A stretch of 64,000 nucleotides of DNA from an uncultured Chlamydiae bacterium (GTDB taxonomy: Bacteria; Chlamydiota; Chlamydiia; Chlamydiales; JAJFMB01): contig CAVOJR010000001.1 of assembly GCA_963696295.1 (NCBI GenBank), forward strand, positions 2,720,001 through 2,784,000, given 5' to 3'. The first letter of the stretch is position 1, and every line of letters starts with the position of its first letter. A model generated the notes under the pieces. It worked only from the letters and a program-made list of their open reading frames with translations, did not search any database and had not been told where the DNA came from. Positions 1-9,553 of this stretch are shown piece after piece. The position numbers and the translations under genes are program-made.

Positions 1-39
1 TGAAATGTGAGTTTAAGATAGCCATTCCATCGTTCCAAT

Positions 40-684
40 TCATCGCCTGTGCCGCCCGAGGTGAGACCTTTCACCCTTTTTATGCCTTTGCCCGATATTG
101 GGGGATAGTTCCCCATACCCATAAATATGGTGCATCTGATTATCAGTCGTCTTGATCCATAATCCAATGAGGAATTTCGTTTCCTGACACTCTTTTTCAT
201 TCACATTCTCCATGGATTGGATCAGACTTTGTTTCATTTTTTCCTGATAGGAAACGCCGTTATTCGAGTTTTCATGAGAAGTTAAAGCGGGGACATTAAG
301 GGAATTAAATACATAATCATGATATGTACTCTTATTGTTATGAGTTATAGTTGTGAATAATTTAACTGCCTTTATATCCTTTATTTTTTTTGCATCGAAG
401 TTTAGAAAGAATTCCTGCGTAAATTCAGAGGCCAGAACGCGTATACGATCTTTAAAAGCCACCACATTTTCGTTTGTATCAGCTATCCCGGGGTTTTTTT
501 TGGCCCTGCCGAACAAAGAACCTATATAGTACAACGCCTTGCAAAAGAAAATGGCAAGATAGGCAAAGGGGGAGGCAACTGCCACAGCGATGCGATGGGA
601 CAATTCACCCTTATCGGAAAGGGGGCTGAACATCGTCTTCCATTCGTTATTGAGATAATTTAGGGCAATGTCTGGATAATTCAT
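40..684 (-). CDS. hypothetical protein with N-terminal hydrophobic segment (Inc/effector-like orphan)
   Basis: 214-aa ORF, SD-like cagga upstream, hydrophobic stretch IAVAVASPFAYLAIFFCKALYYIGSLF; no family recognised. Confidence 0.6.
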   Translation of the reverse strand: MNYPDIALNYLNNEWKTMFSPLSDKGELSHRIAVAVASPFAYLAIFFCKALYYIGSLFGRAKKNPGIADTNENVVAFKDRIRVLASEFTQEFFLNFDAKKIKDIKAVKLFTTITHNNKSTYHDYVFNSLNVPALTSHENSNNGVSYQEKMKQSLIQSMENVNEKECQETKFLIGLWIKTTDNQMHHIYGYGELSPNIGQRHKKGERSHLGRHRR

Positions 685-827
685 ATTTCTCCTGAATTTT
701 TTGATAATAATATCATTTCACTTTAAATTAAGTCTATAAAAACTATTTTTTACGGGCGCTCCGTTTCTTCTTTGAAGAAATAACAGGAATTCCTAAAATA
801 AATGTTTTGAATTTGAGGAGAATGACG

Positions 828-2108
828 ATGAGCGCTGTTGAAGCCAGATGCCTGTTTGGCGGTATTCCTGTTAATAGAGCTGTTTTAAAGGAGGACTGGT
901 TAGGCCGAAAATTGGAATGGCTGACCGAACCGGGCCACTCTTATTGGGTGATTGAGGCGGTGGGATTCACTGCGCTCAGGTGTATTGCTTCCGTTGTTCC
1001 GTCAGTCCTGGATAGCTCCATCTTTGAATCATTATGCAGGAGCGGTTTTTGCCTTTGGTGCAGCCATGTCGCCTTGCGTTTTTTTGGTGTTCACAGAGAG
1101 CTTAACCAAAAAGTGGATGGCCTGGCGGCCAGACTGACCTGGCAGCATGTTTTTGCAGCGACAGCTCTGGAGGATTTAAACTATACACAAAGAGAAGGCT
1201 TGCTCTCCTCTTTAGGGGAGCCCCTGGCTTTAAGCAGCGAGGTTCAGAGCGCTTATCTTCGCGTGTCGGGGATAGATGCAAAAGGAAATGCCTGCCGCGG
1301 CTATTGGTTTAAAGAACTGTGCAAAAGGGCGGTTTATGCAGAGGATCTGTCGCAAGCCCCCCTCCACACAAAAATTTCCCGGGAAGCCTATGCGTATGCC
1401 GTGCATGTGGAGGAAATGGTTCGTTTTATGCGGATGAAGCATGTGGTATCCACCAGTTTGGAGTTCCCCTTTAATAGGGGACTTACAAAAGGGCTTGAGA
1501 TATCTAAAGAGCGATTTGGGGCGATTTTTTCCGTTGTCAACAGGGGTTGCTTAAAGGATTTTTATCAACATCTGCTTGACGTTTTGAAGGAACTTGTCGA
1601 TGAGGCTGCGCAAGATTGTAGCAAGAAAATGCTTTTCCTCGCCGCCCATTCTTTAATCCGCTCTTATCATTCTGAGACTGAAACCGAAGAAGATCTGCTG
1701 GCGTATTTGCATAATCTCGCTTTCACCAATGAGCTGGATTCCCTTTTCTCCATCACCGGATCGGCGCAAAAATTAAGGAAAAACTCTGACGGGACTTTTC
1801 TGGAGTTGATCGAGGCGTTAAATACCCGCCATGCCCTGCAGGTGTTTTTTGAATGGACTACCCTGACGACCATGAATGAACTGATTCTTTTGCAAGAGGA
1901 GCAAAGCCTGGTTAGAAAGCATTACGAAGTTTTAAATATTTCAATACAAGATGGCCTGGATGTGGACGGGGAAGCCGGAGCGTTAAAGGGAAGGCTGGAA
2001 AAATGGGCGCAATCGAAACCTGAAAAAGAGGTTGTCTTAGAAAAATCTGATAAACCAGCTACTGTTTCTGCGACGATAACCGAGGATGACTGGGTCACAG
2101 ATTTTTGA
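828..2108 (+). CDS. hypothetical protein
   Basis: Long ORF (track start 807); ATG at 828 follows GAGGAG at 815-820; no recognisable motif. Confidence 0.65.
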   Translation: MSAVEARCLFGGIPVNRAVLKEDWLGRKLEWLTEPGHSYWVIEAVGFTALRCIASVVPSVLDSSIFESLCRSGFCLWCSHVALRFFGVHRELNQKVDGLAARLTWQHVFAATALEDLNYTQREGLLSSLGEPLALSSEVQSAYLRVSGIDAKGNACRGYWFKELCKRAVYAEDLSQAPLHTKISREAYAYAVHVEEMVRFMRMKHVVSTSLEFPFNRGLTKGLEISKERFGAIFSVVNRGCLKDFYQHLLDVLKELVDEAAQDCSKKMLFLAAHSLIRSYHSETETEEDLLAYLHNLAFTNELDSLFSITGSAQKLRKNSDGTFLELIEALNTRHALQVFFEWTTLTTMNELILLQEEQSLVRKHYEVLNISIQDGLDVDGEAGALKGRLEKWAQSKPEKEVVLEKSDKPATVSATITEDDWVTDF

Positions 2109-2113
2109 AAGCT

Positions 2114-2371
2114 TTACCTTCGGCTATTATCCAAACGCCTTTGGTCATCTATTTGTCTCTGGCGGCGCAAGTCTGCTTGTCTTTGATCCTCGCGCCTTTG
2201 ATTATACGCTTTGTTCGCTTGTTGTTGATCCTGAAGCTGTTGGTTATAAATCCTTTGATCCTGCTGCTGATTCTCGAGCTGCTGCTGATAAGCTCTTTGA
2301 TCTTCTGCTTGATCTGCAACCAGATATGTCTGGATAAAGCATATAAATAAGGCTGTAATGATATATTTCAT
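2114..2371 (-). CDS. small secreted Gln/Arg-rich repeat protein
   Basis: GGAGG SD upstream, signal peptide MKYIITALFICFIQTYLVA, then about four 14-aa repeats (DQRAYQQQLENQQQ-like). Confidence 0.7.
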   Translation of the reverse strand: MKYIITALFICFIQTYLVADQAEDQRAYQQQLENQQQDQRIYNQQLQDQQQANKAYNQRREDQRQADLRRQRQIDDQRRLDNSRR

Positions 2372-2477
2372 ACCTACCTCCTTTGAAGTAACATTCTTAT
2401 TATCTTATATTTGAAATTTATATCCAATAAAAAACTTTCTTAATTTACTCTTAACATTTGTCTGCTATAAGGATAGC

Positions 2478-3062
2478 ATGAAGTGTTTATCAGTTATTTT
2501 ATTTTGTATGGCTATCTCCTCGGCTTCCGCGGCGATCGAGAATCTGATTTGGAAGAGCTTGCCTTTGGAAAACGGCTGTTCGATGCTCATTGTAGATGAT
2601 CCGGCGCGTACAGTTTATATCAGCGAAGTTCCTTTGGCTAAAGAGTGGCAGAAAGGAGATTTTCTGACCCTTGACGACCCTTATCCGAGGGCTGACAGGG
2701 AAACGGTTCTTAAGAATGAAACCGCAGATGAAACCGTCAAGACAATATGCCGGGGAGGGCTGGTCGCTGAAAAATTATTCCTCATCGATAAAATTACCGA
2801 TTGGGGGAAGAGTTTAATCGTGTATCTGAAAGACCGCTCAGGCGTTGAGGGCATCAAGATTTATGTCGATAAAGATTTGTTTTGCAGCCAGTTTCATGAA
2901 GGGGACACTGTTTATCGCGTGACATCGCCCCACCCCATGTGGCCAGCTTACGCCGAGTTCGCTCCCTCTAAAGATTCAGACCCGAGGAGAATGGATTTCC
3001 TGGTTAACCCCTCGTCGGGAGCTGTCAGCCAAAGTTTCTACGTCTGGGATCCTTGTTGGTAG
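2478..3062 (+). CDS. secreted hypothetical protein
   Basis: Signal peptide MKCLSVILFCMAISSASA; 194 aa. Confidence 0.7.
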   Translation: MKCLSVILFCMAISSASAAIENLIWKSLPLENGCSMLIVDDPARTVYISEVPLAKEWQKGDFLTLDDPYPRADRETVLKNETADETVKTICRGGLVAEKLFLIDKITDWGKSLIVYLKDRSGVEGIKIYVDKDLFCSQFHEGDTVYRVTSPHPMWPAYAEFAPSKDSDPRRMDFLVNPSSGAVSQSFYVWDPCW

Positions 3063-3068
3063 GGCTCA

Positions 3069-4406
3069 TCAAAGCGGCTGAATAAAATCAGCATAGCGCA
3101 CGACGGTGAACATCCCCGCTTCCAAATGATAGAGAACATGGCAATGGAAGGGCCATACTCCCGGATTGTCGGCGTCAAACTGTATGGACAAAGTGGAGTT
3201 TGGCGTTACAAGGACGGTATCCCTCATCGCCCCGTCAATGGGAACTCCGTTGATCGCTTTGACCTGAAAGACATGGCCATGCAAATGCATGGGATGGGAC
3301 ATGCCCGTTTTATTGCGAATCAGGAACTCCACTCTCTCCCCTTTCCCAATGAGGATGGGTGTCGATTCCGGCCATGCCTGCCCATTTATCGTCCAGGCGT
3401 AATCGGCCATATTGCCCCCCAATTCCACCACAATGTGCCTGTCGACGGCTTTTTGCTGGAGGGGGTTGAGCGCTTTTAGCTTTTTCTCCTGATCGTTGGT
3501 CAAAGCCCCCGCTTTCACCGGACACTTTTCTTCTAATTTCGGTATCTTGGAATTTTTTGTGGCCAGGATCAGCCCGGTCTGCTTATCGGTGCCCTCCCCT
3601 TGAGCTAAAACGGGAAAGACCCCGTCTTCTGGAATTTTCACGACGATATCAAGCCGTTGCGCGATGGCGATTTCAAACTGCGTCTCTTGCAAAGTCCTGA
3701 CAGGGTTTCCGTCGACGGCGATCAGGTCCCCTTTGAGTTTGTCCAATTGCACGAAAAAATTAGTGGCGCTGCTGCCGTTGATGATGCGGAGCCTCACTTT
3801 TTTGTTTGGCTGCACTTCGATCACTTCGGGGTTTTGCAGTGTCCGGCTGTTTGTTAAAAATGCGTCGTAATCGACTTCAACGAGATCGGGTCCGGACATT
3901 TTCATCTTCGGGCTAAGGAGGTTTCGATAGATCGCTGATGGGTCTTTAAAGGAAAAATCGGCAAGCATAAGAATCACTTCCAGATCCGCGATTTTATCGT
4001 CGTCAGGCCCATTGATGATCAAAGGAGCCATGAGGAGCCTTTGCTCCTGAAGGCCGTAATGGGCATGCATCCAATAAGTGCCGCTTTGCTTTAATGGAAA
4101 TTCGTAATGATAGGATAGGTTTGGATAGAGGGGAAATTGAGTAATAAAAGCGACCCCGTCCTGATTGTTCGGCAAAATGAGGCCGTGCCAGTGGATGCTC
4201 GAGGGAACTTTTAAGCTGTTTGTTAAGAGCACGTCAAACGGCTGTCCATAGGGGATGCGGATCCCCGGAGTGCCGTCGGGCTGCTCAACGGCGTAAACGG
4301 CGGCCACTTTGCCGTTCACCACGATTTTCTTTTCGCTTATGCGCAATTCCGCGGCGGCTAAGAACGACGCGCTGAGTAGTAAGAAGAGGAAGAAAGAGAA
4401 CTTCAT
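3069..4406 (-). CDS. multicopper oxidase
   Basis: Copper motifs HWHG, YWMHAH, HPMHLHGH, HCHVLYHLEAGM; signal peptide. Confidence 0.95.
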   Translation of the reverse strand: MKFSFFLFLLLSASFLAAAELRISEKKIVVNGKVAAVYAVEQPDGTPGIRIPYGQPFDVLLTNSLKVPSSIHWHGLILPNNQDGVAFITQFPLYPNLSYHYEFPLKQSGTYWMHAHYGLQEQRLLMAPLIINGPDDDKIADLEVILMLADFSFKDPSAIYRNLLSPKMKMSGPDLVEVDYDAFLTNSRTLQNPEVIEVQPNKKVRLRIINGSSATNFFVQLDKLKGDLIAVDGNPVRTLQETQFEIAIAQRLDIVVKIPEDGVFPVLAQGEGTDKQTGLILATKNSKIPKLEEKCPVKAGALTNDQEKKLKALNPLQQKAVDRHIVVELGGNMADYAWTINGQAWPESTPILIGKGERVEFLIRNKTGMSHPMHLHGHVFQVKAINGVPIDGAMRDTVLVTPNSTLSIQFDADNPGVWPFHCHVLYHLEAGMFTVVRYADFIQPL

Positions 4407-4489
4407 AAATTTTCTTATATAGAATAAAATTTAAAAATAGCAATAAAATTGCTCCCTTAGATAAATTGGTTCTTTTTATAGGTTTGGCG

Positions 4490-5623
4490 ATGTTGAAAAA
4501 ATTAGCTATTCTGGGCAGCACCGGATCCATTGGAAAAAATTGTTTGAATGTCGCGAGGCACCTGGGCCCGGAAAAGGTGCAAATTACGGCCCTGGCTGCC
4601 GGATCCAGCATCGATTTGCTCGAGCAGCAGGCTAAAGAGTTCCACCCGAGCCTGGTGGCTGTCTATGAAGAAGAGGGCGCCCTGGCATTGCAGAAAAGAT
4701 TGCCGGGCATCCCCGTCCTCGGCGGGATGGAGGGATTAGAGGCTGTAGCGACCCATGCAGGGGCTAACCTGGTGATAGCGGCCATCAACGGCGCCATCGG
4801 ATTGACGCCAACAGTGGCGGCGATCAAAGCGGGAAAGAATATCGGCTTTGCCAGCAAGGAAGTGCTGGTTTCCGGTGGGGCGATCGTAATGGATCTCGTG
4901 CGGAAGCACGGCGTCGATCTGATCCCCATCGACAGCGAATTAACGGCAATTTTTCAATGCCTCAACGGGGCGAAAGAGAAGGTTGTCAAGAGGCTGATCA
5001 TCACGGCTTCGGGCGGCCCGTTTAGAAATTTCTCTGCCGAGCAATTGGAAAACGTGACCATAGAAAACGCACTCAATCATCCCAACTACCGGATGGGCCC
5101 TAAAGTGACGATCGATTCCTCAACCTTGATGAATAAAGGGCTGGAAATGATCGAGTCGCATTGGCTCTTCGACATGCCCCTGGAAAAGATCGAAGTGGTG
5201 GTGCATCCTCAGCAAATTATCCACGGAATGGTCGAGTTTATCGATAATTCGATGCTGGCGCAAATGTGCGATCCCGACATGCTGGTTCCGATCCAATACG
5301 CCATCACTTATCCAGACAGATATGAAGGGAGTTTAGCCCCTTTTGATTTTATCCGGAACAGCACCTTGCAATTTCTCGTTCCCGATCTCAACAAATTCCG
5401 CTGTTTGAAACTCGCCTATGATGCCGTGCGCTGCGGCGGCAGCATGCCCTGCTATATGAACGCGGTGAATGAAATTTTGGTGCAGCGGTTTTTGAAGAAG
5501 GAGATCGCCTGGAAGGAGATCGCCACACATCTGGAAAGACTGATGGCCCGCCATCAGCCGGTGCCAATGAAAACTTTAGAAGATTTATACGCCATTGATC
5601 AAATGGCGCGAAGGGAAGTTTAA
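4490..5623 (+). CDS. dxr: 1-deoxy-D-xylulose-5-phosphate reductoisomerase
   Basis: ILGSTGSIG, PIDSE, LIITASGGPF, MGPKVTIDSSTLMNKGLEMIE motifs; ATG at 4490. Confidence 0.97.
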   Translation: MLKKLAILGSTGSIGKNCLNVARHLGPEKVQITALAAGSSIDLLEQQAKEFHPSLVAVYEEEGALALQKRLPGIPVLGGMEGLEAVATHAGANLVIAAINGAIGLTPTVAAIKAGKNIGFASKEVLVSGGAIVMDLVRKHGVDLIPIDSELTAIFQCLNGAKEKVVKRLIITASGGPFRNFSAEQLENVTIENALNHPNYRMGPKVTIDSSTLMNKGLEMIESHWLFDMPLEKIEVVVHPQQIIHGMVEFIDNSMLAQMCDPDMLVPIQYAITYPDRYEGSLAPFDFIRNSTLQFLVPDLNKFRCLKLAYDAVRCGGSMPCYMNAVNEILVQRFLKKEIAWKEIATHLERLMARHQPVPMKTLEDLYAIDQMARREV

Positions 5624-6049
5624 ATGGAGCAAAGAATAAGCGTTATCACATTAGGCGTTAAAGACTTGAAAGCATCAAGCCAATTCTACCAGGATCTGGG
5701 ATGGAAGCGCTCTTCCGCCAGCAATGAAATGATCACCTTTTTTCAGTCCGGCGGAATGGTCCTGTCGCTCTATCCTGCTGATTTATTGGCTGAGGACGCC
5801 TTAACTTCTCCTGAATTTAAAGGCTTTAGGGGCGTGACATTGGCGCAAATCGTTCCTAGCCGGGAAGCGGTGAATCAGGTTTTAGAGCAGGCGGTCAATG
5901 CCGGAGCCAAGTTGGTCAAAGCGGCCCAGGATGTTTTTTGGGGAGGCTATAGCGGCTATTTTGCCGATCCAAGCGGCCATCTCTGGGAGATCGCCTGGAA
6001 TCCCCATTGGCCCCTTCTCAATGATGGATCGGTTCAGCTGCCGAAATAA
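5624..6049 (+). CDS. VOC (glyoxalase/bleomycin resistance) family protein
   Basis: RISVITLGVKDL...FY; FWGGYSGYFADPSGHLWEIAWNP. Confidence 0.92.
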   Translation: MEQRISVITLGVKDLKASSQFYQDLGWKRSSASNEMITFFQSGGMVLSLYPADLLAEDALTSPEFKGFRGVTLAQIVPSREAVNQVLEQAVNAGAKLVKAAQDVFWGGYSGYFADPSGHLWEIAWNPHWPLLNDGSVQLPK

Positions 6050-6118
6050 TTTCTTTGCCTAAAAAATGACTTTTCAGATAAGCTCGGGCCCGTTTTTTTC
6101 AAAACCCGAGGTCTGAAA

Positions 6119-7102
6119 ATGAATAAATTTATTTTGTTAATAATTCTGCTTGGAAGTGTTTCCGCCGAAGATTATTCCAGTCGCGACTATCATATTTTCA
6201 GCGGCAAATCGCATGGAGAGCTGGCTCGGGCGATCGTCAAAGAATTAGGCGCCGAACTGGAACCGGCCCACATTAAAAGCTTGAAGGATGGATCCCGCAG
6301 CGTCTTCGTAGAAGAAAAAGTGAATAATAAGAATGTGTTCCTCATTCAGCCGGTCTGCGGATCGGACGGGGCCTCCATTAATGATAATCTGATGGAGCTG
6401 TTTATGATGATCCGGGAATTGAAACGCTCCTCCTGCCGCAAGCTCAACCTCGTGATCCCATATTTTGGTTATACCAAAGACTCGTTGGAGCTGAATGTCG
6501 AAGATGTGGCTGCTATTCTGGAATCCGCCGATGTGGACCGGGTGGTGTGCCTCGATCTGTCCAGCAGGGATCTGCAGGCCTGTTTTCATAAAGCCACCGT
6601 GGATCACCTTTCCGCCTCTCCCCTGTTCGCCGCCTATTTTGCCAAAATTGCTTTGCTGGATCCGGTCGTTATCGCTTTCAAAGAGACCGGAAAAGTTTTT
6701 TTGGAAAAGCTTGAGGCTTGCGGAGTCGAGGCTGACTTCGCTAAAGCCGTTCAGAAAAAGGGGAAGGGAATTAAGATCGACCCGATCGATTTTGCCGGCG
6801 GTTTTGAGCAAAGAGACGTGATTCTGGCAGACGATGTGTGTGACGCCGCTGCATTGGTTAACGCGGCTTTGCTTTTAAAAAAAATGGGCGCCCGGCAGAT
6901 CTATGCCTGTCTGACCCATCCCGCGTTTTCTCCTGAGGAGCTGGAGGCGTTGAAAAACGCGCCCTTCGAAGAGGTTGTAGTTATGGATACCTTGCCGCTT
7001 AGGGGGTCTTTACCGGGCAATTTCAAGCAACTATCGATTGCCCCGTTGCTGGCTGAAGCGATATTTAGAATAGAAACAAACCGCTCGCTTAAAGAAATTT
7101 GA
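6119..7102 (+). CDS. ribose-phosphate pyrophosphokinase-like protein, degenerate active site, with signal peptide
   Basis: NDNLMEL, VIPYFGY, GARQIYACLTHP, EEVVVMDTLPL match Prs; catalytic motifs altered (see findings). Confidence 0.85.
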   Translation: MNKFILLIILLGSVSAEDYSSRDYHIFSGKSHGELARAIVKELGAELEPAHIKSLKDGSRSVFVEEKVNNKNVFLIQPVCGSDGASINDNLMELFMMIRELKRSSCRKLNLVIPYFGYTKDSLELNVEDVAAILESADVDRVVCLDLSSRDLQACFHKATVDHLSASPLFAAYFAKIALLDPVVIAFKETGKVFLEKLEACGVEADFAKAVQKKGKGIKIDPIDFAGGFEQRDVILADDVCDAAALVNAALLLKKMGARQIYACLTHPAFSPEELEALKNAPFEEVVVMDTLPLRGSLPGNFKQLSIAPLLAEAIFRIETNRSLKEI

Positions 7103-7133
7103 TTTAAATTGTGATTGCTGTAAAGATGAGCCT

Positions 7134-7589
7134 ATGAAAGAAGTTGAAGAAGAGAGCCTCGTCGGCGATAAACACGACCCGTTTTTAAATAGCCTCAACA
7201 AAGTGGTCCTTTGGTGCGTCAAGGGCCTTACTCTAGTGATGGTGCTGGTCATCATATGGGCCTTTGTCGATGTTTTATTCCATGTTTATACCGAAGTTAC
7301 CAAATCGATCGATACGGCTTTTTCTGTCGACGTCTTATTTTCCATTATCGGTTCGATTCTATTTTTTCTAATCGCCATTGAAATCTATTTGAATATCGTT
7401 TTCTTTCTTCAGAAGGACTCGATCAACGTGGCCTTAGTGGTGGCCACCGCCTTAACCGCCATATCGAGGAAAGTCATTATTCTGGATTACACGGCCACGT
7501 CAAATGAAGATGTTTTTGCCATGGCCGCCTTGATTTTTGCTGTAGGCGTCACTTTTTGGGTGGTCGCCAGACAGCATTCCCATCAGTAG
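7134..7589 (+). CDS. phosphate-starvation-inducible PsiE-like membrane protein
   Basis: 4 TM segments, LIAIEI and ALTAISRKVIILDY motifs. Confidence 0.85.
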   Translation: MKEVEEESLVGDKHDPFLNSLNKVVLWCVKGLTLVMVLVIIWAFVDVLFHVYTEVTKSIDTAFSVDVLFSIIGSILFFLIAIEIYLNIVFFLQKDSINVALVVATALTAISRKVIILDYTATSNEDVFAMAALIFAVGVTFWVVARQHSHQ

Positions 7590-7640
7590 ACATAAAAAGG
7601 GCAGGGCGCTATATTCCAAAAGGAGTTTTTTTGGAGGTAT

Positions 7641-8252
7641 TTGGTGAAGAAATTATACTTTTACTTTTCTGCTATGAATGCCGGGAAAAGCACGACGCTT
7701 CTGCAATCAAGCCACAATTACAAAGAAAGAGGGATGGAAACGTTACTTTTTGCTCCCGCTATCGATACCCGTTTTGGGAAGCCGACCATTTATTCGCGCA
7801 TCGGCCTGATGGAGGAGGCGGCCCCTTTTGATGATCGCTTCGACTTTTTCGCCTATGTGAAAGAGCGTCAAAGCGAAATGTCTAACTTAGGCTGCGTCTT
7901 GATCGACGAGGCTCATTTTTTGAAAAAGGAGCAAGTCGCCCAGCTGACCGAGATCACCACAAAATTGAATTTGCCCGTCCTGGCCTATGGCCTCCGCTCA
8001 GATTTTTTAGGGATGCCCTTTGAGGGATCGGTCTTTCTGCTCGCCTGGGCGCAGGAGATCACCGAGATCAAAACCATCTGCTACTGCGGGCGGAAAGCGA
8101 CTATGAACATGCGCATTGACGCTTCTGGAAAAGCGGTCACTGAGGGGGAGCAAATACAGGTTGGCGGAAATGAGAGTTATCAGGCAACCTGTCTTTACCA
8201 TTTTAAAGAGAGCGTTCCTTTTTTTGCAAAACCTGTACTGGAGAGAGTCTAA
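7641..8252 (+). CDS. tdk: thymidine kinase
   Basis: YFYFSAMNAGKSTTLLQ, VLIDEAHFL, YGLRSDF, IKTICYCGRKATM, GGNESY. Confidence 0.97.
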   Translation: MVKKLYFYFSAMNAGKSTTLLQSSHNYKERGMETLLFAPAIDTRFGKPTIYSRIGLMEEAAPFDDRFDFFAYVKERQSEMSNLGCVLIDEAHFLKKEQVAQLTEITTKLNLPVLAYGLRSDFLGMPFEGSVFLLAWAQEITEIKTICYCGRKATMNMRIDASGKAVTEGEQIQVGGNESYQATCLYHFKESVPFFAKPVLERV

Positions 8253-8253
8253 A

Positions 8254-9504
8254 ATGAACCAAAATGTCAGAGCCTGGGTTGTCTGCCTTTTAGCCGCCCT
8301 CTATTTTTCCTACGAACTTGTGCAGCTGCATATGCTGAACGCGATTTCCCCTTTTCTTTTAAAGGATCTTCGATTAAACGCGACCGACTTCGGCACGCTT
8401 TGCTCCACCTATTTAATGGCCGATGTGGTTTTTTTGATGCCCGCCGGAATGCTCCTGGACCGCTTTTCGACAAGAAGAGTGATTCTCATAGCCTTATCGC
8501 TTTGCATCGCCGGCACGATCGGATTCTCTTATGCCGAAACCCTTTTTACGGCCGGAATCTGCCATTTCCTTTCGGGAATCGGTAACGCCTTTTGTTTTTT
8601 AAGCTGCATGATGCTGGTTTCCCGTTGGTTTCCCAAAGAAAAACAGGCGTTTGCGATCGGCATGGTAATTACGATTGGCTTGTTTGGCGGAGTGATCGCT
8701 CAAACTCCCTTTTCCTTCCTGGCACAGGCGTTGCATTGGCGAAATGCCCTGCTGGTTGACGGCTTGATCGGCATTGGAATATTTCTGGCTGTTTACGGCT
8801 TTGTTTATGACCCTCCTGGAGAATCGAAAGGGAATGTCATCCCGTTGCCGATCCCATTTTTCACCGGCCTGAAGCGGGCATTGCTGAACCGGCAAAATAT
8901 TTTATGCGGCCTCTACACCGGTTTGATGAATCTGCCGGTGATGATCATCGGGGCGATGTGGGGTTCCCTGTTCTTAACTCAGGTGCACCACCTCACCTTA
9001 TCGCACGCTTCCTTTATTTCCGGGTTGATTTGCCTCGGGACAATCGCCGGCTCCCCGATAGTGGGGCGCCTGGCCGATTCCTGGGGGGAGAAGCGTTCGC
9101 TGATGATGCTGGGCGCCATTCTTTCTTTTCTTACCATGCTGGTCATCATGTACCTGCCTAATCCCTCCCCTTTGTCACTGATGACCCTTTTCTTTTTGCT
9201 GGGCTTCTTTTCCAGTTCGCAAGTGCTGGGTTATCCTTTAGTGACCGAGAGCAATCCTCCAGAATTAACAGGCACCTCCATGGGAGTGGCCGGAGTGATT
9301 ATCATGGGTCTCGCGGCGATAGCGCAACCTCTATCCGGCTGGTTGATGGAAGCTGGCTGGGAGGGGAAATGGGTGGATCAGGTGCCCTTGTATGGACAGG
9401 GGGATTATCTGCTTTGCTTTTGGATGTTCCCGATAGGATTTGCCTTGTCGCTGCTGCTGGCCTATGCGATCAGGGAAAAGAGGGTTCTCTTGGCAAAAGT
9501 CTGA
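8254..9504 (+). CDS. MFS transporter
   Basis: About 12 TM, GMLLDRFSTRR and GRLADSWGEKR motif-A-like loops; ATG right after tdk stop. Confidence 0.9.
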   Translation: MNQNVRAWVVCLLAALYFSYELVQLHMLNAISPFLLKDLRLNATDFGTLCSTYLMADVVFLMPAGMLLDRFSTRRVILIALSLCIAGTIGFSYAETLFTAGICHFLSGIGNAFCFLSCMMLVSRWFPKEKQAFAIGMVITIGLFGGVIAQTPFSFLAQALHWRNALLVDGLIGIGIFLAVYGFVYDPPGESKGNVIPLPIPFFTGLKRALLNRQNILCGLYTGLMNLPVMIIGAMWGSLFLTQVHHLTLSHASFISGLICLGTIAGSPIVGRLADSWGEKRSLMMLGAILSFLTMLVIMYLPNPSPLSLMTLFFLLGFFSSSQVLGYPLVTESNPPELTGTSMGVAGVIIMGLAAIAQPLSGWLMEAGWEGKWVDQVPLYGQGDYLLCFWMFPIGFALSLLLAYAIREKRVLLAKV

Positions 9505-9510
9505 GAAGGA

Positions 9511-9539
9511 GGACATAGAGAACTGAATTCTCTATGTCC
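9511..9539. terminator. perfect 12-bp hairpin between convergent genes
   Basis: ggacatagagaa-ctgaa-ttctctatgtcc; no clear U-tract. Confidence 0.55.
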
Positions 9540-9553
9540 AATACATCAAATGA

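Noticed and set aside
2086..2350. Plus-strand ORFs 2086-2337 and Leu-rich 2105-2350
   Set aside because: Antisense shadows of the Gln-rich gene, which has the SD and signal peptide
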